Positions 30,518 through 40,711 of a stretch of 46,686 nucleotides of DNA are shown here, piece by piece. This DNA is from an uncultured delta proteobacterium. GTDB lineage: Bacteria > Desulfobacterota > Binatia > Bin18. A model generated the notes under the pieces. That model was given only the letters and a program-made list of their open reading frames with translations. It had not been told where the DNA came from and did no database searches. Made by a program: the position numbers and the translations under genes. The DNA is taken from assembly GCA_963733195.1 (NCBI GenBank), contig CAVTCR010000061.1, forward strand, positions 1-46,686, written 5' to 3'. Numbering within the stretch: position 1 is the first letter of the stretch; every line of letters starts with the position of its first letter.

Positions 30518-33500
30518 ATGACCTTTGAGGAGACCCTAGCGCAAGTGCGGGAGTTACTCGCGCGGGAAGGGCGGGTGGCCTATCGCCTCCTAAAGCGACG
30601 GTTCGCATTGGACGACGAGGATCTGGAAGATCTCAAGGCCGACCTGATTGATGCTAAACAGGTGGCGATCGATGAGGGAGGGAAAGTCCTGGTGTGGGTT
30701 GGCGGCGCTGCGCCATCGACCGCGCTTCAGACCCCGGACTCAGGACTTCACACTCGGGACGCTCTTCAGCCGGAAGCCGAGCGGCGGCAACTCACCGTGA
30801 TGTTCTGTGACTTAGTAGATTCCACGGCTCTCTCCGCCCAACTCGACCCCGAAGAATACCGGGAGCTTGTGCACAACTACCAGCACACGAGCGCCACCGT
30901 CATTGAACGCTTTGGGGGGTACATTGCGCAGTATCTCGGTGACGGATTGTTGGTGTACTTTGGCTATCCGGCGGCGCATGAAGATGATGCCCAACAGGCC
31001 GTGCGGACAGGATTGGAGATTCTGAAGGGCTTCCAGTCTCTCAATGCACAGCTGCCGCCCATCATGCGAGCCCGCTTATTTCACCCTCTCCAAGTCCGCA
31101 TCGGCATTCATACTGGTCTCGTAGTCGTGGGGAAGGTTGGTGGAGCAAAAGGAGAACTCCTTGCGGTGGGCCAGACACCGAACATTGCCGCACGCATTCA
31201 GGGGCACGCCGCGCCCGATACGGTGGCCATCAGCGAGGCAACACATCGCTTGGTCGAGGGCTTGTTTGAGTGTGAGGACTCCGGACGCACAGAACTCAAA
31301 GGGATATCAACTCCGCTGACGCTCTATCGTGTGGTCAAAGAAAGTGAAGCCCAGAGTCGCTTTGAGGTGGCGGTGCACAAAGGATTGACGCCGCTGGTGG
31401 GCCGAGTAGAGGAATTCGCACTGTTGCAGCGGCATTGGGAGCACGCCAAAATGGGTGCAGGCCAGGTCGTGCTAGTGAGTGGTGAGCCGGGGATTGGGAA
31501 ATCCCGGCTAGTGCAGGAGTTCAAAGGGCAGCTTGCGCGCGAGGGCGCGACCTGCATAGAGTTTCGCTGCTCCTCCTATCACCAGAACAGCGCGCTGTAT
31601 CCCATCATCGAACACTTACAACGGCTCCTTCAGTTTGCGCGGGAAGATGCTCCCGCGACAAAGCTGGAGAAACTCCAACACACGCTGAGCCACTATCGCT
31701 TCCTCCAGATCGATACCGTCCCCCTCTTAGCTGCCCTGTTGTCACTTCCCCATCCCGAAGGTTATCCACCCATTACGGACAGTCCGCAGAAGCAAAAGGA
31801 GAAGACGCAGGCCGCCTTAGTGGCGTGGCTGGTCGAGGAAGCGGAGAGGGCTGCCGTGTACTGTGGCTGGAAAGATCTCCACTGGGCCGATCCCTCGACG
31901 TTAGAGGTGCTCACGCTCTTGCTTGACCAAGTGCCCACGACGCGGCTGTTGGCGTTGCTGACCTTTCGCCCCGAGTTCACCCCACCCTGGGGGAATCGGT
32001 CGCACCTCAGCCAGATGACGCTGAGCCGCTTAGGCCGACCGCACATCGAGACCATGATCAAGAACGTGACGCATCGCAAGGCGCTGCCGGCTGAAGTCGT
32101 GCAGCACATCGTGGCCATGACGGACGGCGTGCCGTTGTTTGTCGAAGAATTGACCAAGACTGTGGTGGAGTCGGGGCTGTTACGAGAAGAGGGGGACCGG
32201 TATGTCGGGGCGCACGGCGGTGCGCCCATCCTGCTGTTGGCGATTCCCTCCACATTACAGGACTCGCTGATGGCACGCTTGGATCGCTTGGCCCCCGTCA
32301 AAGAGCTGGCGCAGCTCGGGGCCACCCTGGGGCGGGAATTCTCGTACGAATTGCTCCACGCGGTCTCCTCCTTAGACGAGGGCAGCTTACAGCAGGGACT
32401 GCGGCAATTAGTCGAGGTCGAACTGCTCTATCAGCGCGGCTTGCCGCCGCACGCGACGTATTTCTTCAAGCACGCGCTGATTCAGGACACCGCCTACCAG
32501 TCGTTGCTCAAGAGCAAACGCCAGCAGTATCACCACCAGATCGCCCGGGTGTTGGAGGAGCAGTTTCCAGAGACAAAGGAGACGCAGCCCGAGCTAGTCG
32601 CCCATCACTACACCGAAGCGGGTCTTGTCGAACAAGCCATTCCCTATTGGCAGCGGGCAGGACAGAGAGCCCTTCAGCGCTCAGCCTTTGCAGAGGCCCT
32701 TGGTCACCTAACCAAAGGCTTAGAGGTACTCACAACTCTCCCTAATACCCCGGAACGCACCCAGCAAGAGCTGATCCTGCAGACGGCCTTGGGAGCCACG
32801 CTCATGGCCCTCAAAGGCTATGCGTCCCCAGAGGTGAATAAAGCTTACACCCGAGCGCGCCAGTTGTGCCAGCAGGAAGGAGGAAGCCCTCAACTGTTCC
32901 CGGCCCTGCGGGGACTGTGGGTATTTTATTTGCTGCGGGCGGAATTGCAGACGACGCACGAACTGGGGGAGCAGCTCCTCAGCTCTGGCCCAGAGCGCGC
33001 AAGATCCCGCGCTGCTCTTGGAGGCCCATTATACGCTTGGAGACGAGCTTGTTCTTCCTCGGTGAGCCGGCCCGAGCCCGCCCCCATCTCGAGCAGTGCA
33101 TTACGCTCTATGATCTCCAACAGCACGGCTCCCATGCCTTTCTGTACGGACAAGACCCCGGGGTGTTTGCCCATATCGTTGCGGCTTTGGCCCTGTGGGT
33201 ACTTGGCTATGCAGACCAGGCTTTGGAAAGAATCCACAGCAGCTTCCCTCCTCGCCCAGGAAGTGTCTCATCAGTTCAGCTTAGCGGGCGCCTTGGTCTT
33301 TGTGGCCTGGATTCATCACTTCCGCCGAGAGGGGCACGAAACCCAAGAGCAGGCACAGGCGGCGATTACGCTCTCTGATGAGCAGGGGTTTCCGTTCTGG
33401 ATGGCGTGGGGAACTATCCTACGGGGCTGGGCGTTGGCCGAGGAAGAAGAGGGGATTGCCCAAATGCGCCAAGGACTGTCCGGCTTGCAGGCTACAGGGG

Positions 33501-33974
33501 CAGAGCTGGTACGGCCGTATATTCTTGCCAAGTTAGCCGAGGCATATGGAGCAGGAGGGCAACCAGAGGAAGGGCTAACCTTGTTAGCCGAGGCCCTACC
33601 GGTAGCGTACAAAACTGGGGAGCGTTGGAGCGAGGCAGAGGTGTACCGGCTGAGAGGGGAGCTCACGCTGCAAAAGTTTCAAGTATCAAATTCCACGGTG
33701 CAAGCGCTCGACCCCCAGCAGGTAACCCCCAGCCCCCACGCTGAGGCAGAGGCGTGTTTTCAGAAGGCCATGGACATTGCGCGACAGCAACAAGCGAAGT
33801 CGTGGGAGTTGCGCGCCTCAACAAGCCTTGCCCGTCTGTGGCAGCAGCAAGGCAAGCAGAGAGAGGCACACCAGATGTTGGCGGAGACTCTACGGCTGGT
33901 TCACCGAGGGGTTTGACACGAAAGACTTGCAAGAGGCCAAGGCGCTGCTCGACAGTCTAGCGTCCAGCATCTAG
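30518..33974 (+). CDS. Class III adenylate/guanylate cyclase - AAA ATPase - TPR (STAND-type) protein; frameshifts near 32985, 33240 and 33890
   Basis: ERRQLTVMFCDLVDST, YLGDG, RIGIHTG, NIAARIQ; GEPGIGKS; FKHALIQD; KSWELRASTSLARLW; WFTEGFDTKDL. Confidence 0.9.
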
Positions 33975-34026
33975 GGGCCACCGTCAAAGCGGGGCGGTTT
34001 CTGTCTCATCTCTCTTTTCTATATGG

Positions 34027-37000
34027 CTAACCCTGCCAGGTGATCGGCATGCGGACATCAGGGGTGTACGAACAGTACGTGCCCGTTTTGATGGTGGTGG
34101 CCAGATGCTGGCCCAAGGCCGCATGATGTTCACTGATCTTGCGCAGGGCGATCTTGATGGCGCGGGTAATGTTCACCCGTGCGCGTTCCGCTGGCGAGCC
34201 TACTCGCCGCGCCCGCCCGCCAAGCCCGACTGCACTAGCCAGTTCGTGGGTGAGAAAGTCGATCTCGCGGCCAGCCGCTCGCTCCGGCCCAGGTCATGAA
34301 ATTGCTGCGCCTCGGCCAGTTCCTCTCGCAACTCGGTCAGACGCTGCTTGTAGGCCGCTCGCGCCTGGGGATCAAGGATTTCCCCGGCATCACTGAACCC
34401 TTCGGTGTGGTCAACTGGCAGGCTAGGGTCTTCAAGGAGAGGAGCTTCACCGGAGCCTTCCCATTGAGATCCGCAGCTTACAGTGATCAGGGTGAGGACA
34501 TGGAACTTCTTGGTGCGGATGTTGCAGCAGATGGGCAATGTAGTGGAGACCGCGGGCATCTTTGAGTCGACAGGTCGCGCCGGCAAAGCTTACCGTCCAG
34601 TAGTCGCCTTCATGATGGAAGGCATTAGGGATTGGCACGTCTGGAGTCTGAGGTCCAACGTTCGATGCCGGAAGACCTGGTACGTCTAGAGTCGCGCGTC
34701 CAGGAGTGAGGGGTGAGGTGTGTGAAGAAAGGGGAGCGGGGGTCAGAGGTCGGGGCGCGGTAATTTTTGACTTTTGATCTTTGACTTCGGATCTTTGACT
34801 TTCCTTTTCCGCTTTTGCGTTGCCGCCCACCTCACGCAGCAATGCCGCCGCCTCTTGCAAATCCTTCGTGTCAAAGCCTTCGGTAAACCAACCGTAGATG
34901 TCTTCAAGCAAGGTACGAGCTTCTCTGAGCCTCCCTTGGTTCTGCCACAAACGCGCCAGACTTGTCGCCGCGCGCAGTTCCCATGACTTGGCTCCCTGCT
35001 CTCGCGCAATGGCAATGGCTTTCTGGAAGCACTCCTGTGGAAAGGAAGGAGTAATTTTTTCTTCTTCTCCCATTCGGAGCGAGAGCTCTCCTTTCAGGCG
35101 ATATAATTCCGCTTCGTAGAATCGTTCGCCGTTGCGCGCAGATACGACAAGCGCTTCGTCGATCGCTCGTAGACCTTCCTGGATTTGCCCCGTCTCCCCA
35201 TACGCACTTACCAGCAAAGCCAAGAATTGCGACTGCCATATGCCAGTGCCAGTCGCCCGAAGAGCCGCCAAGCCAGCTTGAGTTTGCGCAAGTCCTTGTT
35301 CTTTTTTTCCTTGCGCAATCAGCGCCCACCCCAGCACAGCCGGACTGTACGCCGCCCACAGGGCGAACTGTTGTTCCGTGGAAAGAACAATCGCTTCCTC
35401 CGCAGCCTTTTGCGCCGCTATTGGTTCACCCCGGAATTGATGGACCATGGCATTGCCACTCAAGGCCCAAGCGAGGGTTTGCCCATGCGATAGATCCTTG
35501 CTTAATACGAGCGCTTCCTGACTCAACTGCAAAGCTCGGTCTGGATACCCCAGCAACCAGTAGAGAAATCCCGCATGAATCCGGCAGCACGCTCCAGGGT
35601 CGTGGCCGCCGTACACAAAGGTCTGTGGATAATGCCGGTCAGGTTGGTAGAGACGCAGTCCTTGCTCTATATGGAACTGGCATGTCGCTAAATCTCCGCG
35701 AGCGACCAACGTTGTCCATAGAGCATGATGCGCCTGGAAAGAAAGATCCGAGTCTCCAATGTGTCCCGCAAACTGGAAGAGCTGACTCCCCAACTCTTCC
35801 GCGGCACTTAGATCCCCCGCCACTGCATGAGAAATCCATAATCCCCACAAGACTGCAAAAAGATCAGGCGGATCGTCGAGTTCTCGGCATAACGAACGCG
35901 CCTGTTGATAGTGGCGTCTTACCTCTGGAGCCCCATACCCTCTCAGAGCCAGCATGGGAGTACCGAGGGCCAGGCGAAGCGTCAATTCCTGGCGAGTCCG
36001 CTCCAAAGAGGCAGGGAAACGAGCAAGCAACGTCAAGGCGTGGGTGAGGTGACGAAACGCCTCGGCATTCGCCGAGCGTTGCACGGCAGTACGGCCAGCG
36101 CGTTCCGAGTAGGAAATGGCACGGTGTATCTCTCGTCCCTTTTCAAAGTGCACAGCGAGTTCTGTAGCAATCTCGCCCACCCGCTCGCCATAGGCCGCCT
36201 CTTTACGCTCGGCAATGCGACGATGTAATTGCACCCGACGCACCTCAGCCGACTGCGCATACACCACCTCGTGATACAGCGCATGCCGAAAACTGTAGCG
36301 GCCGCTGATCGTCCCATCCGGCCATTCTGCCACTCCCGCCGCCCGCAACCACTGCCCTGTGCGTGCCAGCTGCTCACACTGTGACTCGATCTCCTCACTG
36401 TCCGTTTGCAATCCTGCAGTGACTTCCGCTGCGGCAAACTCCACCCCCACCACGCCGGCAACCTCTAGCAGCCGCCGTTCTGATTCGGGTAATCGCTCCA
36501 GCTGCCGCTCGATCAACTGCCGCAAACTATCTGGTATGCCTTCGCCGACAGTTTCGACTGTGTCGGCTCGGAGTCTCCACTGTCCCTCATCTTCGACAAG
36601 CGCACCTTGCCGGACAAGATCGTCCACCGTGGTGACGATAAATAACGGATTCCCACCCGTGCGACGGTGGAGCACAGGTGTCAACTCGTGTAGAGACGTC
36701 CGGCAACTCGTCCCTCCGGCAAATCGTTCGGTCAGATACTCCCCAATCGCCTCTTCGGCTAACGGTGTGAGCCGTAGCTCTTCACATTGCTGATGCGCTA
36801 GCAGCTCTTGCACGATCCCACGCAAGGGATGAGTGCCAGCCAGTATATCTGCCGGGCGATAGGTACCCAGAATGAGCAGCTTGGCCGGCTCGCGGCGTCG
36901 CGCCATGTAGGTTACCCAATCCAACGTCGACACATCACTCCAATGCAGATCCTCCAGCACCACCACCAACCCCCGCTGCGTGGTAAACCCTTCCGCCGCC

Positions 37001-37473
37001 TCGGCCATCTCGCGTAGCATCCGCTCTCGACTTACCCCCTGCACATGTTGCTGCAGTCGATCAAATGTTTGAGGCTCTAGAAGGCCCGGCAATTGCGCCA
37101 GCCAACTCGGCGCATAGCGTTGCAGTGCCTCGATACGCCGCTCACCACCCGGGGCGCGGCAGAGGCGTGTGGTCGCTTCCAGCAGCGGCAGATAAGCTTC
37201 CCCCGGACCGTACTGCTCCACGCACTGCCCAGAGGTAATCCGGATATCGGTTCGCGCCTGCAACTGCGCCAAAAAGGCATCGACCAGCGCCGTCTTCCCA
37301 ATGCCAGGTTCGCCGGCCAAAAACACGACTTGCCGTTGGCCCTGCAACGCGGCCCCCAGTCGCTGATGGAGCGCGGCGAGTTCCACTTCGCGTCCGACCA
37401 GCGGCACGGCCAAGCGCTCACTGGCGGGCGTCGTGACCTGCTGGGGGAGGTGAAGAATCTTTCCACTCATCAC
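34027..37473 (-). CDS. STAND-type AAA ATPase - TPR protein with C-terminal putative DNA-binding domain; frameshifts near 34500 and 34265
   Basis: VGRE, GEPGIGKT, LEDLHW, TGGNPLF, FRHALY, WELRAATSLARLW; C-terminus EGDYWTVSF..RGLHYIAHLL..ERARVNITRAIK..IKTGTYCSYTP..WQG-stop. Confidence 0.85.
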
Positions 37474-37623
37474 CCGCGTTATTGCGTGGTGCCAGCAGTG
37501 TTGTCAACCGGCGAACACTCTTCTCATCGGTTGTCTGAGAAGTCGAATCGTTATGTCATTGCGAGCCCCCTTCGACCCTTCGACAGACTCAGGGCTCAGG
37601 ACAGGCTTCGACAGGATGAAGAT

Positions 37624-38208
37624 TCAGAATAACGGCCCGTTCACTTCGACCTTGACCTCGCCGTTATTGATCGCCGGGGCCAGGATATTCATCAGTTCCA
37701 TGCGTTGATTATTGGTCAGTAGCCCAAACGCAGAGCGGAAGGTTTCCTTGTCCTCTTCAGTCCAGCGTTTGGCCGCCACGGCGGCCTGCACCACGTTTGA
37801 CGCGCTTTGATACGCTGCACGATTCTCCGGTGAATTGAGAATTTGGGCTTCGGCAATGGCTTCTTCTCTCGCGCGCTGGGCCTCCGGACTCGCTTCAGCC
37901 ACGGCTTGGCGGACTTCGTCACGGATGAGCTGGGCGAGCGCCTGGCGTGAGACCTCAGGGTTCGCTGGCGTGGCCACTCGCGTGGGCTCAGGCCGTACGC
38001 CTTCCGTCTGGTTGACCTGCAGCGCTTGAGGTCAACGCCGTCACGGCTTGCTCCAGTTTCCCTAACCGTTGGTCATGCTGGGAGTCGGTGTGGGCGTGGG
38101 TGTCCGGCAGCGGCGGGGGTGGGGTGCCAGACCACCGCGCCGACGCCCACGAGGATGCCATACTAAGATAAATCGACTCCATAATCCTTTGTTCTGCGCT
38201 GTCATCAT
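37624..38208 (-). CDS. Membrane-anchored GPLF protein, copy 3 (frameshifted)
   Basis: MMTAQNKGL.. start; DQRLGKLEQAVTALT; ORF 37624-37977 ends INNGEVKVEVNGPLF. Confidence 0.75.
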
Positions 38209-38373
38209 GTGTTCCCTTAATCGCTGAAGTAGATGTGTAGGATGTCGCTTCCCTTTGCGCGTCACAAACGGGGGCGCTGTCACGGTCGTGCCGCTTTGTC
38301 CTGCGCGATCAGTCGTTGCCGAGGAGAGCTGCCACGCTCTCGCCGTTGTAAGCCTGACCGTCGTCGTTGCGTT

Positions 38374-38807
38374 GCATCTGAGGTGGCTCCGCAGGGCCCT
38401 GTGCGGTAGCTACTATTTGCTAGAGATCAGTCATCGCCACCGCGGCCAGAGGGAATGTAGATTTGCGAGCAGTCAAGTCATCGCACTTGCCTGTCTTGTC
38501 CACGCTAAATGCGCACATGCGTATACTCCCACAAGCGAAAGACTTGCCGTTTTGTCCCTCGCTGATACTATGGTAATGCTCTTAGTCCTTACTAAAAGCA
38601 CAGCCGATGTATTGTTGGTTGTCCGTACTGTAGCGCGCCCCCTGGCCACGTTGGTTGCTACTTTGGCAAACGTTGCGGTTCCTCACTTCCGAACACGCAG
38701 AGGAGACTACGCGAGCCCGCCCACAGGCCAGGGACCGGCTGCACTGCCGTGCACAAGGCCAAGTTCCATGAATACGAACCGATGAGTTTCTGTAAATACG
38801 CTTTCAT
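38374..38807 (-). CDS. Small secreted Cys-containing protein B4 (beta subtype), heavily error-ridden or degenerate
   Basis: MKAYLQKLIG start, GARYSTDNQQYIGC, ARDKT, ..HLR end; exact stop uncertain. Confidence 0.55.
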
Positions 38808-38887
38808 GATGTCGTTTTCCTTTCTGTCAGGGTAAAGAATGCCGTTGACGGTTAAAGTCACTCAAGTGACTAAACGGTTGTCCTTCC

Positions 38888-39301
38888 TTATTTGAGCAGG
38901 TCGGAGCTATTGTCAATCGTGATGTCTTTGCACTCGCCCACGTTGCCGGTGCTACCTGTAGAGAAGTAATGTACGAAGAGTCAGTCATTGCCCGGACCAT
39001 TTCTAGGAACTTCCAATCACCACTCCCACAGATAAGAGACCTGCCTGCACTGTTCGTGGCAAGACGTGGTCCACGAATACGAACTGAGAGTGAGGCTCTA
39101 CACCCGATCTGTTGCCTGGTTGTCCGCACTGTCGCGCGCGTCTACCAGGTTTCCGCTTGCCGTACTCCAAAATTGGTTGTCTCTATGATGACAGTATTGG
39201 TACTACTTACTCACTCTGCCTGCCCACGTCGGAACAGTCGTGGCCAGCAGGGTCATGCCCAGCGCCGCCAGACCGAGGATATTCTTCAGATTTGCTTTCA
39301 T
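38888..39301 (-). CDS. Small secreted Cys-containing protein B3 (alpha subtype), frameshifted
   Basis: MKANLKNILGLAALGM; ARDSADN.QQIGC; SLICGS; RAMTDSSYI; ends LLK-stop. Confidence 0.7.
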
Positions 39302-39361
39302 GATGTCATTCTCCTTTCTCAAAGGTTAACATTGTCTGCATCTACGCCGTTGCGTCGTTGC

Positions 39362-39768
39362 TTATCTGAGGGTTTTCAGAACTGTTCTCGACAGTCAGGT
39401 TGCTCTGCAGGAACGACCGTCCGGGGCCACGTTGAATTGGATGTACGAGAAGTCGGTGATCGCCTTGGCCGCTGCCGCAAACTGCGACTCGGAGCTAGAA
39501 CAGAAAAAGGATTTGCCGTTCTTGTCCGTCGCTGAACACACAACGGACGGACCGTACGTATTTGAAAAGTGACAGCCGATGTATTGTATGCTGTCCGTAC
39601 TATAGCGCGCCCCTGCCATGCTCCCCAAAGCCCAAATACGGGATGTGTTATTGAAACCTCAGGGAGGCCAAATGACCCTGCCCACGCCGGGAGGCTATGC
39701 GAGACCAGGGCCAACCCAAGAACTGCCGTACCGATTAGGTTGTGTAACTTGTGTAACTTCGCTTTCAT
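39362..39768 (-). CDS. Small secreted Cys-containing protein B2 (beta subtype), frameshifted
   Basis: MKAKLHKLHNLIG..PAWAG..PEV; GSMAGARYSTDSIQYIGC..VCSATDKNGKSFFC..KAITDFSYIQF..SC. Confidence 0.75.
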
Positions 39769-39813
39769 GATGTCGTTTTCCTTTCTGAGAGGTTAAAGTT
39801 GCTCCCGCCACGC

Positions 39814-40224
39814 TTATTTGAGGTGGTAGGAGTAATTGAAAATCCTGAGGCTGTCGCAGTTTGCGTTGGCGCGATTCCCCACGAAGGAAATGTACGAAGA
39901 GTCAGTCATTCCTTCGAGCTCTTGTACGTGCTTCGGGTCAAAACTAAGACAGAAAGCATGATTGCCCGCGCTGTCACGGGCATCACATCGGATGGACGGA
40001 GACTGAAAATCAGAATTAGCGCTTATGGAACACACGATGAATTGCGTGCTGTCCGCACTGTAGCGCGCGCCGACCATGCTTCCGCTTGCCCAACTGTAAA
40101 CCTGGTTGCCTCCTATGGCGACCTCAGGGGTACTCACACAGCCTGCCCACGTCGGAACGGTGTTGGCCAACAGCGTCATGCCCAGCGCCGCCAGACCGAG
40201 GATGTTCTTCAGATTCGCTTTCAT
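39814..40224 (-). CDS. Small secreted Cys-containing protein B1 (alpha subtype), intact 136 aa
   Basis: Signal peptide to PTWA-G; GSMVGARYSADSTQFIVC, RCDARDSAG, FC, MTDSSYISF, NC and YHLK. Confidence 0.85.
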   Translation of the reverse strand: MKANLKNILGLAALGMTLLANTVPTWAGCVSTPEVAIGGNQVYSWASGSMVGARYSADSTQFIVCSISANSDFQSPSIRCDARDSAGNHAFCLSFDPKHVQELEGMTDSSYISFVGNRANANCDSLRIFNYSYHLK

Positions 40225-40354
40225 AATGTCATTCTCCTTTCTGAAAGGTTAAAGGTTATTCCATCTACGCCTTTGCCATGTCGCCGATTTATGCGTGGAT
40301 CATGTTTTGATTCTCCTTTCGCTGTCGCGGTGCATCAGTTTGTTCTGTGTAGAA

Positions 40355-40385
40355 AGGCGTAACAAATGACGGAACAATTGTTCAC
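40355..40385 (-). promoter_or_regulatory. Conserved 31-bp element, copy 9
   Basis: AGGCGTAACAAATGACGGAACAATTGTTCAC, 131 bp upstream of ATG 40224. Confidence 0.85.
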
Positions 40386-40567
40386 TGCGAGGAGGGAGTC
40401 AGAAGATAGAGACAGAGCCGAAGATACGAATCGGAGAACCGGAGAAACGGGGAAACGGCGCAGAAGGCTATAGGCTGAAGGGAAAATGGGGAAACGGAGA
40501 AGGGATAAAGGCGAAAGGGGGAAAAGGAGAAGTAGCGTGCGTTACGTGCACGGGGATAACGAATTTC

Positions 40568-40663
40568 GTCATTCTCGCGCAGCCTGTCCCAAGTTCTACT
40601 GGGAGTGGGAATCCAGTCTTTGGCTGCTGGATTCCGGGTCTCGCGTTGCTCGCCCGGAATGAC
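40568..40663. repeat. REP/MITE-like palindromic pair (GTCATTC..GAATCCAG / CTGGATTC..GAATGAC)
   Basis: Inverted-repeat architecture visible; related ends at 22748-22825. Confidence 0.6.
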
Positions 40664-40711
40664 GGGTTGCTCGTGTTCGTCATTCCAGCGCTCTATCTTT
40701 TCTGACCGCGT

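Noticed and set aside
8904-40385. The 31-bp repeat as a CRISPR repeat
   Set aside because: Copies are kilobases apart and separated by whole genes, with at most one partial second copy; there are no regular spacers and no cas genes
8904-40385. The 31-bp repeat as integron attC or other recombination sites
   Set aside because: No RYYYAAC...GTTRRRY paired hairpin, no recombinase in the window, and the copies sit upstream of start codons in promoter position; not absolutely excluded
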